From the NCBI GenBank assembly GCA_963780555.1, contig CAWACD010000001.1, positions 383,741 to 447,740 on the forward strand: 64,000 bases of DNA, written 5' to 3'. The stretch's first letter is position 1; every line of letters starts with the position of its first letter. A program made the translations under genes and the position numbers. The notes under the pieces were generated by a model. It worked only from the letters and a program-made list of their open reading frames with translations, was not told the DNA's origin and ran no database searches. Positions 1-9,946 of this stretch are shown in pieces. This DNA comes from an uncultured Actinomycetota bacterium. GTDB lineage: Bacteria; Actinomycetota; Actinomycetes; Streptosporangiales; Streptosporangiaceae.

Positions 1-368
1 TGGTCCAGGGCCATCCGGTGCACGACCCGCGCGCCCCGGTCGTGACCGCACGCCGCGAAGGTGCGGAAGCCCAGCCGGGCCATCAGGGACACCTGGTCGG
101 CGGCCATGGCCCGCTTGCTGTACTCCGCGCTGTCCGGGCCCGCGGGCGGCTTGCCGGAGTCGCCGTAGCCGCGCAGGTCGGCGACCACCACGGTGTGATC
201 GCGGGCGAGCGCCGGCGCGACGGCCGACCACATCACGTGGGTCTGCGGATAGCCGTGCAGCAGCAGCACGGGCGGGCCCGAGCCGCCGACGCGGCCGTGG
301 ATGGTGATCCCGCCGACGTCGGTATCGACGACGTCGAAGCCGGGGAAGAACTCGTCTGCTGCTGTCAC
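1..368 (-). CDS. alpha/beta-fold hydrolase (haloacetate dehalogenase / epoxide hydrolase-like), N-terminal part only, runs off the window
   Basis: My own minus-strand translation from GTG at 368 reads VTAADEFFPGFDVVDTDVGGITIHGRVGGSGPPVLLLHGYPQTHVMWSAVAPALARDHTVVVADLRGYGDSGKP... This is a typical HGxP N-terminus of alpha/beta hydrolases. It is absent from the ORF track because there is no stop inside the window. It has a GTGA overlap with the stop of the upstream gene. Confidence 0.7.
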   Translation of the reverse strand, partial: MTAADEFFPGFDVVDTDVGGITIHGRVGGSGPPVLLLHGYPQTHVMWSAVAPALARDHTVVVADLRGYGDSGKPPAGPDSAEYSKRAMAADQVSLMARLGFRTFAACGHDRGARVVHRMALD

Positions 369-1252
369 TGCGACCCCGTCTTCGGCGGGCCGGCCGCGCG
401 GCGCCGCCGGGCCGGGCGCAGCGCCTGCTCCCGCGAGCACCACCACGTCGACCGGCCGCCCACCACGCCGTGCGCCATCGGAGCCCCGTCCCGCGGGCAG
501 GTGCCGCCCGGACGGCGCTGGGCGATGATCTCCCCGGTATGCGCGCCACCGCGGGCGATAGCCGCCGCGACAACCGCCGTGAGCGCCTCGTAGAGCCGCT
601 TGACCTGCGCGGGTGTCAGCTGACTGACCGAGATCAGCGGGGCGACCCGCGCCTGCCAGAGGATCTCGTCGGCCAGCAGGTTGCCCACCCCGGCGATCTT
701 GGACTGATCCAGCAGCCGCGCCTTGACCGCGATCGTGCCCTTCGTGATCAGCGCCCGGAATTCCCCGAACGTGACCTCGGTGGCATCCGGCCCGAGGGCA
801 CTGATCCCGGGGTTGAGCCAGACCCGCCCGAGGCGCCGCGGGTCCAGCAGCACCAGGCTGCCGCCATCGGCGAAGGTGAGGGTGAACCGGCTCCAGACCG
901 GGTTACGGCCCCGGCCGCCGTAGCGGTACGGGTCACCGGCCTCGATCACCGTGCCGTCGGGGCCGGTCACCACGATGCGTCCGCTCATGCCCAGGTGGAG
1001 TCCGACCTCCGGCCCGGCAGCGTCCGCATCCGCCGCCGGGCCGTCGGAGGTCCCGGAGGTCTCCACCCACATCGTCTTTCCCCGGCGGTGCGCCGCGGTG
1101 AGGCGGCGCCCGGTCAGCGCGCTCTTCAGCTCGCCGGGCGGATGCGGCCGCAGCACGTAGCTGTCGGAGTCATCGACATCGGAAATGCGCCGGCCCAGCG
1201 CGTGCTCAGCGATCAGGCGACGGGCATTCTCGACCTCAGGAAGCTCAGGCAC
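365..1252 (-). CDS. Fpg/Nei family DNA glycosylase (formamidopyrimidine-DNA glycosylase / endonuclease VIII)
   Basis: ORF-track 295 aa. It has the N-terminal MPELPEVE catalytic signature and a C-terminal CPRDG...WWC zinc-finger-like motif. Confidence 0.85.
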   Translation of the reverse strand: MPELPEVENARRLIAEHALGRRISDVDDSDSYVLRPHPPGELKSALTGRRLTAAHRRGKTMWVETSGTSDGPAADADAAGPEVGLHLGMSGRIVVTGPDGTVIEAGDPYRYGGRGRNPVWSRFTLTFADGGSLVLLDPRRLGRVWLNPGISALGPDATEVTFGEFRALITKGTIAVKARLLDQSKIAGVGNLLADEILWQARVAPLISVSQLTPAQVKRLYEALTAVVAAAIARGGAHTGEIIAQRRPGGTCPRDGAPMAHGVVGGRSTWWCSREQALRPARRRRAAGPPKTGSQ

Positions 1253-1293
1253 CTACCCGTTGTACCGCCCGCCGGGCCGCGGCGCAGCAGTGC

Positions 1294-1665
1294 TCAGGCC
1301 GAGACCAGGTCGCAGACGAAGATGAGTGTCTCGCCGGGCGCGATCGAGCGGCCCGCGCCGCGGTCGCCGTAGGCCATGCCCGGCGGGATGACCAGCTGGC
1401 GCCTGCCGCCCACCTTCATGCCCTGCACGCCCTGGTCCCAGCCGGCGATGACCTGGCCCACGCCGAGCTGGAACTCCAGCGGCTCGCCGCGGTTCCAGCT
1501 GGCGTCGAACTCCTCGCCCGTTGAGTACGCGACCCCGACGTAGTGGACCTGGACCCGGTCCCCCGCCTTGGCCTCGGGACCGCTGCCCTCCCACACGTCA
1601 GTGATCTGGAGGTCGGCGGGCGGCTCGCCGCCCGGGAAGTCGATCTCCGGCTTCTCGATGCTCAT
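1294..1665 (-). CDS. FKBP-type peptidyl-prolyl cis-trans isomerase
   Basis: Internal ATG (MSIEKPEIDF...) at 1665, preceded by a GGGAG RBS. FKBP core motifs are present: VHYVGV, FDASW, GVGQVIAGWDQG and PPGMAYG. The upstream 26 codons of the track ORF look spurious. Confidence 0.85.
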   Translation of the reverse strand: MSIEKPEIDFPGGEPPADLQITDVWEGSGPEAKAGDRVQVHYVGVAYSTGEEFDASWNRGEPLEFQLGVGQVIAGWDQGVQGMKVGGRRQLVIPPGMAYGDRGAGRSIAPGETLIFVCDLVSA

Positions 1666-1844
1666 GCTGACGTCTCCCTCAGTAGCTATCGGCGGGCGGC
1701 ATGGCCCGGCCCCGGCCGGGCGCGCGGTCGCCGCCCCGGCCACGGCCCCTTTCCGCGCAGCGCAAGATTATGCTCTGCGCCGGGCTGCCGAGTGCGCCCG
1801 GTACCGCGCCGCGCCGTCGCTGCAGGCCGCGCGCCGCGCCGGGG

Positions 1845-2606
1845 TCAGAACTGCACGCCGCGGGTGAGCGCCCCGTCGACGAGCAGGTTGGCGCCGGTCA
1901 TGAAGCTCGCCGCGGGGCTGGCCACGAACACGGCGGCCCGGGCGATCTCCTCGGGCCGGGCCATCCGGCCGGTCGGATTCAGGCCCATGGCCTGGCCGAA
2001 CAACTCCGGGTTACCGCTCTCGATGCTGTGCCAGACACCGCCGGTGAAGTAGGTGTTGCCCGGCGACACGCTGTTCGCGCGGATGCCCTGGCCCGCGAGC
2101 TGGAAGGCCAGGCCCTGGGTGTAGTGGATGATCGCCGCCTTGAATGTGCCGTACGGGCCGGCGGCGAAGTCGATCTCCCGGCCGGACACGCTGGCGATCG
2201 TCACGATCGAGGCCGCGTCGCTGCGTTCCAGGTACGGCATCGCCGCCTTGACCAGCCCGACCGTCCCCATCATGTCGGTGCTGAAGCTGGCCTGCCAGCT
2301 CGCCACGTCATCGGGGATGGCCAGCGCGCTCACGTTGGCCACCACGATGTCCACTCCGCCGAGCTCCTCGGCCGACTCGGTGACCCAGCGCTGCAGCGCC
2401 GCCTCGTCCGACACGTCGGCCACCCGTCCGACCGCGTGCGTGCCGCCCTCCGTCAGGGCCGCCACCGTAGCGGCGACGTCGGCCGCGCTGCGGGCGCAGA
2501 ACCCGACCGCCGCGCCCTCGGCGGCCAGCGTGTCCACGATGGCCCGTCCGATCCCCTTCGTGCCGCCCGTGACGAGGGCACGCCGTCCCTGCAGGCCCAG
2601 ATCCAC
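1845..2606 (-). CDS. SDR family oxidoreductase
   Basis: 253 aa with a GTG start after an AAGGGAG RBS. It has the TGGTKGIGRAI Rossmann motif and classical SDR length. Confidence 0.85.
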   Translation of the reverse strand: MDLGLQGRRALVTGGTKGIGRAIVDTLAAEGAAVGFCARSAADVAATVAALTEGGTHAVGRVADVSDEAALQRWVTESAEELGGVDIVVANVSALAIPDDVASWQASFSTDMMGTVGLVKAAMPYLERSDAASIVTIASVSGREIDFAAGPYGTFKAAIIHYTQGLAFQLAGQGIRANSVSPGNTYFTGGVWHSIESGNPELFGQAMGLNPTGRMARPEEIARAAVFVASPAASFMTGANLLVDGALTRGVQF

Positions 2607-2647
2607 CTTGCGTCTCCCTTAGTTACGAGCCCTCGCTGGTCGTTGAC

Positions 2648-3651
2648 TTACGAGCCCTCGCTGGCGGCCGCCTCGCGCAGCTGCTGGTGCAGGCCGCCAT
2701 AGGCCGTGGCCCGCGGCAGGTACGCCTTGGCCACCTTGGCCAGGGCGCTGTAGTTAGCGTCCACCACGTTGGCCAGCGGCGCCTCGCTGGTCTGCGACAG
2801 CAGCTGGTAGGCATCCAGCTTGTCCAGCCCGTGCAGCTCGCTCAGCCAGCTCACCATGCCGACCTGGCTGATCCGCCAGGCGTCCTCGAGCGGGCGGCTC
2901 GAGCCGATCACCATCAGGTGGCTGTCCGTCTCCAGGCGCGGCCAGGCCTGCCGCCGCCCTTGATCAGGTCGACGATGAGCGTGACGTTCATCGCGCCCTC
3001 GACCGCGGTGCCGCAGGCCTCGCCCTCCCCCTGCCGGTAGTGCCCGTCACCCACCGAGAACAGCGCGCCCTCGACGTTGACACCCAGGTAGCACGTCGCC
3101 CCGGCGCGCATTTCCGGGGTGTCCATGTTCCCGCCGAAGGCGTCGGGCACCAGCGAGGAGCGTGCCTCGCCGGCCGCGGGCGCGACGCCGACGGTGCCCA
3201 GCATGCAGTCCATCGGCAGTTCCACCCGCAGCTCGCTGGACTGGGCCTGGAACGCGACGGTCTGCCGGTCCCGGTCGACCTCGTAGATCCAGGTCCGCTC
3301 GGGCAGCGGATCCTGCAGCGTGGCGGTGCGGTCGGTGCTGGTCAGCCCGCCGAACAGCGGGATGGTGCAGGACGCGCCGTAATCGCGGGCCGGGCTGAGG
3401 CTGACGAAGTGCAGCGCGAGGGTGTCTCCCGGCTCGGCGCCCTCGACGTAGAACGGGCCGGTCTGCGGGTTGACGAACGGCATGTTCAGCGCCGCGCTCG
3501 GCAGGTCCGCCGTGCTGGAGATGGTGCCGCAGAACGCGTCCTCGGTCCACAGCCGCAGCATCGTGCCCGGCCGGACGGTCCGGACCGGCGCAACACCGCC
3601 GAAGGTGAACGCGTACTGCTCGCGCTCCGGGCGGAACTCGACAACCTCCAT
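2648..3651 (-). pseudogene. acetamidase/formamidase family protein, interrupted by one frameshift (authentic or a sequencing indel)
   Basis: Two adjacent track ORFs (2914..3651 and 2648..2914) read as a single family member. The sequence ...NVTLIVDLIKGGG continues in another frame as WPRLETDSHLMVIGSSRPLEDAW... The frame change is at about 2945-2949 (ggc agg cc|tgg ccg). Confidence 0.75.
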
Positions 3652-3711
3652 GGGCGGACTTCCTCTCGCGCTTGGCCCCCGCGGTGGTTTCTGCTCTCGG
3701 TGCGAGCCGCG

Positions 3712-4935
3712 CTATCCCGGCCCGCGCAGTGATACGTGCGACCGGTTCAGATCGGCCACCCGAGGTACGCCCAGCAACTGCAGCGTGCGGGTGATCTCGG
3801 CGGACAGGATGGCGATCGCCTTGTCCACCCCGCGCTCCCCGCCGGCCATCAGCCCGTACAGGAACGCGCGGCCGACCAGGCAGCCCCGTGCACCCAGCGC
3901 CAGCGCGGCCACAATGTCCCCGCCGCCCATGATCCCGGTGTCGAGCAGCACCTCGGCCCGGTCCCCGACGGCGTCCACGATCGGCGCCAGGACTTCCAGC
4001 GTGCCGGCGGCCCGGTCGAGCTGGCGGCCGCCGTGGGTGGACACGATGATGCCGTCCGCGCCGTGCTGCACCGCGGCCCGCGCGTCATCGGCCGTGATGA
4101 TGCCCTTGATCAGCAGCGGGCCGGGCCACAGCCCGCGCAGCCACTCGATATCGGCGAACGTCACCGACGGATCGAACATCGAGTTGACCAGCTCGGCGAG
4201 CGCGCCGTGCTGCGCCTTGAGGCTGGCGAACTCCAGCGGCTCGGTGGTGAGCAGGTTGGCCCACCAGGCCGGGTGCAGCGCCGCGTCGAGCACGGTGGCC
4301 GGGGTCAGGGCGGGCGGGATGGTCAGGCCGTTGCGGACATCGCGCATCCGCGCGCCCGCGACTGCCGTGTCCACGGTCAGCACCAGGGCCTCGAACCCGG
4401 CCGCCCGGGCGCGCTCGACCAGGTCCTTGCCGGCCGCCCGGTCGCGCCACACATACAGCTGGAACCACTTATGCGCCTCGGGTGCCTCCGCCGCGACCTG
4501 CTCGATGGAGGTCGTCCCCATCGTGGACAGCGTGAAGGTGATGCCGGCCCGCTGCGCGGCGCGGGCGGCGGCCCGCTCGCCCTCGTGGTGCATCATCCGG
4601 GTGAATCCCGTCGGCGCCAGCCCGAACGGCAGTGGCCAGCGCCGCCCCAGCACCGTCGTTCCGGTGTCGGCCGCGCTCACGTCCTGCAGCACCGCGGGAT
4701 GAAACTCGGCGCGGGCGAAGGCGGCCCGCGCCCGGCGCAGGCTCAGCTCGCTCTCGGCGGCGCCGTCGGTGTAATCGAAGACCGCCCGCGGCACCCGGCG
4801 CGCAGCGATCGCCCGCAGGTCAGCAATGGTATGCGCGCGGCTCAGCCGCCGCTCGACGGGATCGAGCGGGATGCGCTCGGGACGCAACAGCGGCCGCAAC
4901 TCCGACCACCGGGGCACTCTCCTGCTGGCCGGCAC
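3712..4935 (-). CDS. FMN-dependent alpha-hydroxy acid oxidase/dehydrogenase (L-lactate dehydrogenase LldD-like)
   Basis: Motifs AVFDYTDGAAESE, WFQLYVWRD, VLTVDTAV and STHGGRQLD are present. I prefer the GTG at 4935 as the start because GGGAGGAGAGG sits immediately upstream. The track start at 5052 would add a non-conserved Arg-rich extension. Confidence 0.85.
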   Translation of the reverse strand: MPASRRVPRWSELRPLLRPERIPLDPVERRLSRAHTIADLRAIAARRVPRAVFDYTDGAAESELSLRRARAAFARAEFHPAVLQDVSAADTGTTVLGRRWPLPFGLAPTGFTRMMHHEGERAAARAAQRAGITFTLSTMGTTSIEQVAAEAPEAHKWFQLYVWRDRAAGKDLVERARAAGFEALVLTVDTAVAGARMRDVRNGLTIPPALTPATVLDAALHPAWWANLLTTEPLEFASLKAQHGALAELVNSMFDPSVTFADIEWLRGLWPGPLLIKGIITADDARAAVQHGADGIIVSTHGGRQLDRAAGTLEVLAPIVDAVGDRAEVLLDTGIMGGGDIVAALALGARGCLVGRAFLYGLMAGGERGVDKAIAILSAEITRTLQLLGVPRVADLNRSHVSLRGPG

Positions 4936-5125
4936 GGCCTCTCCTCCCAAGTTTCCGCCAGTGTGTCGTGCCGGTGACCCGCGCCGCAAGCAGGCCCGAA
5001 TGCCCTTTTCGCGCAGCGGCGCTGACGTGCGAGCCGGGCGAACCAGTGTCACTGGCGCCCCGGCCGCCCCATCAGATGCCGGCCAGACCTTCGCTCGGAT
5101 GATCTTTGGGCTGGTAGATGAGTCA

Positions 5126-5160
5126 TTGACACCTCATTTCTACATACTGTATACAGAATG
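5126..5160. promoter_or_regulatory. divergent promoter region with a -35 TTGACA, a -10-like TATACA and an 18-bp near-palindrome (putative GntR/FadR-type operator)
   Basis: This is an AT-rich island in a GC-rich genome. TTGACA lies at 5126-5131 and TATACA at 5150-5155 (18-nt spacer). The palindrome CATACTGTATACAGAATG at 5143-5160 has a perfect CTGTATACAG core, which fits the GT-N-AC logic of GntR operators. Confidence 0.4.
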
Positions 5161-5177
5161 CAGGATTGGGGGTGATC

Positions 5178-5900
5178 ATGAACGGGCCTGGGCCATCAGC
5201 TCCGAAGACGGCCGCGCTGCCCGCGCCCCCGCCGCACGCGTCACTAGCCGAGATGGCCGCCGACTGGATCACCTCGCACATCGTGGCGGGCGACATCCGG
5301 CCCGGTGACAAGCTGACCGAGGTCGCCCTGGCCGAGGCAGCGGGCATGAGCCGATCCCCGATCCGGGAGGCGCTGCGCGCCCTGGCCCGCCAGGGCCTGG
5401 TCGACATCGAGCCGCGCCGGGCCGCTACCGTCGCGCTGCTGGGCGCCGGCGACGCAGCCGATCTGTACGAGTGCCGCCTGCTCATCGAGCCACGCTGCAT
5501 GGCGCTGGCCGCCCCGGAGGTTACCCCGCAGATCAGCGACCAGCTGCAATCCCTCATCGACCAGATGAGCACCGCGGCCCGGGCCGGCGACGGGCGGGCC
5601 TACCTGGACGCGGTGACCCGCTACAACCGCACCCTGCAGGACTGCTGCCCGAACCGGATGCTGGCCAGCATGACGGCAACCGCGCTCAGCAGCTCGCTGC
5701 GCTACATCACGATCCTGGTCCAGAGCTCGCGGCAGTACCTGCTGGCGTCGCTGGCCAACAACCGGGAACTCCACGCCGCGGTCATGGCCCGGGACTTGCC
5801 GGCCGTGCACGCGGCCACCACGACGGTGCTGACCAGCGCCCGCGATCAGCTGCTCCGGCTCATCGACAGCATCTCAGGCGGCCAGGCCAGCCGGCGCTAG
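5178..5900 (+). CDS. GntR family transcriptional regulator (FadR/FCD subfamily)
   Basis: wHTH segment LTEVALAEAAGMSRSPIREALRALARQGLVDIEPRR followed by an all-helical FCD-like C-terminal domain. I prefer the ATG at 5178 over the TTG at 5166. Confidence 0.85.
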   Translation: MNGPGPSAPKTAALPAPPPHASLAEMAADWITSHIVAGDIRPGDKLTEVALAEAAGMSRSPIREALRALARQGLVDIEPRRAATVALLGAGDAADLYECRLLIEPRCMALAAPEVTPQISDQLQSLIDQMSTAARAGDGRAYLDAVTRYNRTLQDCCPNRMLASMTATALSSSLRYITILVQSSRQYLLASLANNRELHAAVMARDLPAVHAATTTVLTSARDQLLRLIDSISGGQASRR

Positions 5901-5934
5901 GCCAAGGCTCCGGCGACAACACAGGACGGAACCG

Positions 5935-7152
5935 ATGGACAACATCCGCATCCCCACCGACGGCCTCGCCCCCGCCTCCGAAGCGGCCCTGAGCCGCCGG
6001 GCTGTGATCCGCGGCGGCAGCCGCCTGGCACTCGGCGCCGGCGCGGCCGCCGCCCTGGCCGCCTGTAGTTCGGGGGGCAGCACCGGGTCATCGGGCTCGG
6101 GCTCGGGAGTCAGCAAATCTGGCCTGCAAAAGGCCCGCGACGCGGTCCAGGCCGCGCGGGCTACCCCGGCCTTCGTGCCGCCCGGCCCCGCCTTCGACAT
6201 TTCCTCCGCCCGGGGCAAGCACGTTTTCTACCTGCCGCTGCTCATGGGCGTGCCGATTGTCCAGACCTGGTGGCAGGGCGTGCAGGACGCAGCGGAGGCA
6301 GCCGGGCTGCAGGCGCGCAACTACGATCCGCAGGGGCAGACCAACCTGATCGTGGCCGGCATGGACCAGGCCATCAACAGCGGCGTGGACGCCATCATCG
6401 TGGACTCGATCGCCAGTGCCTCGATCTCCGCGCAGATCAAGAAGGCGGTCGGCAAAGGCATCAAGGTGGTCGTCGCGAATGAGCGCAACGATTCCGCCGG
6501 CGGTCCCGCTGACAAGGCCGTCAGCGCGGGGGTCTGCCTGGATTACATCGGCGCAGGTGCGCTGGAGGCCGACTGGGTGATCACCGATTCCGGCGGCAAG
6601 GCTACGGTCGCGGTTTTCATCCTGCCGAACGCGCCCGCCCACCTGGACATGGTCCAGGCCATTCGCGGCCAGTTCGCCAAGGCCGGCTCGCAGGTCAAGC
6701 TCGTCTCAGTCCAGCAGGTGGCGGCGGCGGACTGGGCCACCCGGCTGCCGACCCTGACCGGCGCGCTGCTGTCGCGCTATCCCGACCTCACCCACATCAT
6801 CCCCGTCGTGGACGCGATGGCGCTCAACATCGTGCCCACGCTGCGCCAGCGCGGGAAGGTCGGCAAGGTCAAGATCTCCACCTACAACGGCACCGCCGGA
6901 GTGGAGGAGCTGGTCAAGTCCGGCGCGGTGGGAACCGACATCGCGGGCGCGAACATCCAGGAGTCCTGGGCGTACATCGACCAGGTGCTGCGGCTGCTGA
7001 CCGGCCAGCCGCCGGTCCGCCAGGTCATCCCCAACCGGCTGTTCGACAGCAAGAACATCGACAGCATCGACATCAGTGAGGTGAACCAGCTGCACTGGTT
7101 CAACATCACGCAGGCCATCAACGGCTACAAGAAGCTGTGGGGCGTGAGCTGA
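5935..7152 (+). CDS. ABC transporter substrate-binding lipoprotein (PBP1 / ribose-sugar CUT2-like)
   Basis: Twin-arginine-like signal plus lipobox (SRRAVIRGG...LAACSSGGS). The length and alternating beta-alpha pattern fit periplasmic sugar-binding proteins, and it sits directly upstream of the ATPase. Confidence 0.8.
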   Translation: MDNIRIPTDGLAPASEAALSRRAVIRGGSRLALGAGAAAALAACSSGGSTGSSGSGSGVSKSGLQKARDAVQAARATPAFVPPGPAFDISSARGKHVFYLPLLMGVPIVQTWWQGVQDAAEAAGLQARNYDPQGQTNLIVAGMDQAINSGVDAIIVDSIASASISAQIKKAVGKGIKVVVANERNDSAGGPADKAVSAGVCLDYIGAGALEADWVITDSGGKATVAVFILPNAPAHLDMVQAIRGQFAKAGSQVKLVSVQQVAAADWATRLPTLTGALLSRYPDLTHIIPVVDAMALNIVPTLRQRGKVGKVKISTYNGTAGVEELVKSGAVGTDIAGANIQESWAYIDQVLRLLTGQPPVRQVIPNRLFDSKNIDSIDISEVNQLHWFNITQAINGYKKLWGVS

Positions 7153-7163
7153 GCGAGATCGCG

Positions 7164-8735
7164 ATGGCGCCGCCCGTCGTCGCCGTCCGGGGCCTGTCCA
7201 AGACCTTCGGCGCGACGACGGTGCTGCGCGATGCTCATCTGTCGGTGCGGCCCGGTGAGATCCACGGCCTCATCGGGCATAACGGGTCGGGCAAGTCCAC
7301 GCTGATCAAGATCCTCTCGGGCTACCACGCTCCCGATCCGGGCGGCGAGCTGCAGGTCCGCGGCGAGCCCGTCAGCCTGCCGATCAGGCACAGCGAGCAG
7401 CGCGGCCTGGGCATCGCCTTCGTGCACCAGGATCTGGGGCTGGTGGAGTCGCTGACCGTGCTGGAGAACATCCGGCTCGGGCGCTACCAGGCCGGCGGCC
7501 GGGTGCCGCGGATCAGCTGGCGGGCCGAGCGGCGGATCTGCGAGCAGCTGCTGGAGCGGTTTGCCATCGCGGTCCGGCCGGACGCGGACCTGCGGGAGGT
7601 GCAGGACGTGGACCGGGCGCTGATCGCGATCGCCCGGGCGGTATCCGACATCGAGCAGATCGGCAGGCCCGGCCTCCTGGTCCTGGACGAGCCGACTGTG
7701 TACCTGCCCGGTGACAGCGTCCAGGCGCTGTTCCGCATCATGCGCAGCATCGCCGCGGCCGGGCACGGGATCATCTTCGTGGCCCACCAGCTCAGCGAGA
7801 TCCTGGAGATCACCAGCGAGGTCACCGTGCTGCGCGAGGGCCAGGTGGCCGGCCAGCTGCCCACCCGCGAGGCGACCCACGATCAGCTGGTCAACCTCAT
7901 CGTCGGCCGGGACCTGGGCGACCTGTATCCCGAGTCCGCTCCCGCCGCGGCCGGGCAGCCGGTGCTGGCCGAGGTGGAATCACTGAGCGGAGCGATGGTC
8001 GAGTCGCTGTCGGTGACGCTGCGCGCCGGGGAGATCGTCGGCGTTACCGGGCTGCTGGGAATGGGCTCTGAGGATGTCCCCTACCTGCTGTACGGAGCTC
8101 TCCCGGCCACCGGCGGTACGGTCCGCTGGCCGGGCCGCGCCGTCCCGGCCCGGAAACTGTCCCCGGCCTCGAGCCTGCGCTCGGGGGTCGTGCTGATCCC
8201 GGCCAACCGGCTGCGGGACGGAGTCGTTCCCACCATGACCACCGGCGAGAACGTGGCCCAGCCGGTCCTGCCGCGGCATCAGCGCCGGGGGCGCCTGCGG
8301 CTGCACGCGGTCGCCGATCAGGTGGCGCGGACGCTGCGCGCCTTCGACGTGCGCCCGGCCGATCCCGCGGCGGCGATGAGCACCCTGAGCGGCGGCAACC
8401 AGCAGAAGTCACTGATCGGGAAGTGGCTGCAGGTCGAGCCGCGCGTGCTGCTCATGCACGAGCCAACCCAGGGCGTCGATATCCGCGCCCGGCAGGAAAT
8501 CTTCTCCTACATCGCCGCCGCGGCCGCGAGCGGAACCGCCGTGCTGATCGCCAGCTCGGAATACGAGGAGCTGGTCGGGCTGTGCCACCGCGTCCTGGTG
8601 TTCCGCGATGGCCGGGTCCGGCGCGAGCTGTCGGGCCCGGCGCTGACCGAGGCGGAGCTGATCAAGGCGAGCTACCAGGACGGCGACGGGACCGCTCCCG
8701 GCGCCGCGGACCGGAAGGGACAGGCGGCGACATGA
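7164..8735 (+). CDS. sugar-type ABC transporter ATP-binding protein (two fused ATPase domains, RbsA/MglA-like)
   Basis: Walker A GHNGSGKST, signature LSGGNQQK, Walker B LLVLDEPT / LLMHEPT. A duplicated NBD is characteristic of CUT2 importers. Start is MAPPVVAVRGLSKTF at 7164. Confidence 0.85.
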   Translation: MAPPVVAVRGLSKTFGATTVLRDAHLSVRPGEIHGLIGHNGSGKSTLIKILSGYHAPDPGGELQVRGEPVSLPIRHSEQRGLGIAFVHQDLGLVESLTVLENIRLGRYQAGGRVPRISWRAERRICEQLLERFAIAVRPDADLREVQDVDRALIAIARAVSDIEQIGRPGLLVLDEPTVYLPGDSVQALFRIMRSIAAAGHGIIFVAHQLSEILEITSEVTVLREGQVAGQLPTREATHDQLVNLIVGRDLGDLYPESAPAAAGQPVLAEVESLSGAMVESLSVTLRAGEIVGVTGLLGMGSEDVPYLLYGALPATGGTVRWPGRAVPARKLSPASSLRSGVVLIPANRLRDGVVPTMTTGENVAQPVLPRHQRRGRLRLHAVADQVARTLRAFDVRPADPAAAMSTLSGGNQQKSLIGKWLQVEPRVLLMHEPTQGVDIRARQEIFSYIAAAAASGTAVLIASSEYEELVGLCHRVLVFRDGRVRRELSGPALTEAELIKASYQDGDGTAPGAADRKGQAAT

Positions 8736-9946
8736 GCACCGGGAGCCTCGTGCTGAGCAACGGGATCGCGTTGGCCGGGGAGGAACTCGAGGAAACGCCG
8801 TTCGGAACGCTGACGGTCGCTGACGGGCTGATTACCGGGATCTCGGCGGAGCCGCCAGCCGCCGGCAGCACGGCACGGGACCTGGGCGGCCGCTACGTGC
8901 TGCCTGGCCTGATGGACTGCCATGTCCACCTGGACCTGGTCGCGGAGGTCCGGCCGTACCTGCACTGGCGCAGGCCGCCCTTCGAGCGGGCCATCGGGCT
9001 GGCCGCTAACGGCCTGACCGCCCTACGGCATGGCATTACCTCCCTGCGCGACCTCGGCTGCGTGGACGACGCCGTGATTCAGTACGCGCAGCTGGCCGAT
9101 GGCGGCAAGGTGCTGGGTCCGCGGGTGATCGCGGCCGGCCGCTGGGTCTGCATGACCGGCGGGCATGGCTGGGAGTACGGCCGCGAGGCAGACGGCGAGG
9201 CCGAGGTGCGCAAGGCGGTGCGCGAGCAGGTCAGGGCCGGCGCGCAGGTCATCAAGCTGATGGCCACCGGCGGCCTGTCCACGCCCGGCTCACCGCACTC
9301 GGCCGAGCTGACCGAGCAAGAGCTGGCCGCCGGCGTGGAGGAGGCGCACAAAGCCGGCCTGCGGGTGGCCGCGCACGCGCACTCGGCAGCTGGCATCCGG
9401 GGCGCGCTGGCGGCCGGCGTTGACTCCATCGAACATGGCGCGTTCATGGGCGACGACGAGCTGGCGCGGCTGCGTGAGCGCGGAACGTTCCTGGTCCCGA
9501 CCGCGATCGCCGTCGAGCATGTCCGGCCGGGATCCGGGATCGACCCGGACACCATCGCCAAGACCGACGCCGCGCGGGAGGTGTTCCACGCCCGGACGGC
9601 GGCGGCGCTGCAGGCGGGGGCCACCGTCGCGGCCGGCACCGACGCGGGCACCGCCCTCAACCCGGTGGGGCCAACGCTCCTGGAGGAGCTGAAGCTGTAC
9701 GTGCGGCTGGGCGCGAGCATCCGGCAGGCGCTGGCCGCGGCCACCGTGCAGGCCGGCCGCCTGCTCGGCCACGGCCCGGGCGTCCTGGCCGCCGGCCGCC
9801 CGGCCGATCTGCTGATCCTGGACCGCAACCCGCTCGCCAGCCTGGCGGCGCTGGAAGAGATCGGCGGGATCATCTGCCGCGGCGCCTACCTGGAGCCGGC
9901 CGCCCTCGACGCCTCGATCAGTGCCCTGAGAGGCACCGCCCGGTGA
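8732..9946 (+). CDS. amidohydrolase family metallo-hydrolase (COG1228 imidazolonepropionase/Xaa-Pro dipeptidase-like)
   Basis: ATGA overlap with the ATPase stop. Metal ligand motifs are present: MDCHVHLD, KLMATGG, AAHAHS, SIEHG and AGTDAG. Confidence 0.8.
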   Translation: MSTGSLVLSNGIALAGEELEETPFGTLTVADGLITGISAEPPAAGSTARDLGGRYVLPGLMDCHVHLDLVAEVRPYLHWRRPPFERAIGLAANGLTALRHGITSLRDLGCVDDAVIQYAQLADGGKVLGPRVIAAGRWVCMTGGHGWEYGREADGEAEVRKAVREQVRAGAQVIKLMATGGLSTPGSPHSAELTEQELAAGVEEAHKAGLRVAAHAHSAAGIRGALAAGVDSIEHGAFMGDDELARLRERGTFLVPTAIAVEHVRPGSGIDPDTIAKTDAAREVFHARTAAALQAGATVAAGTDAGTALNPVGPTLLEELKLYVRLGASIRQALAAATVQAGRLLGHGPGVLAAGRPADLLILDRNPLASLAALEEIGGIICRGAYLEPAALDASISALRGTAR

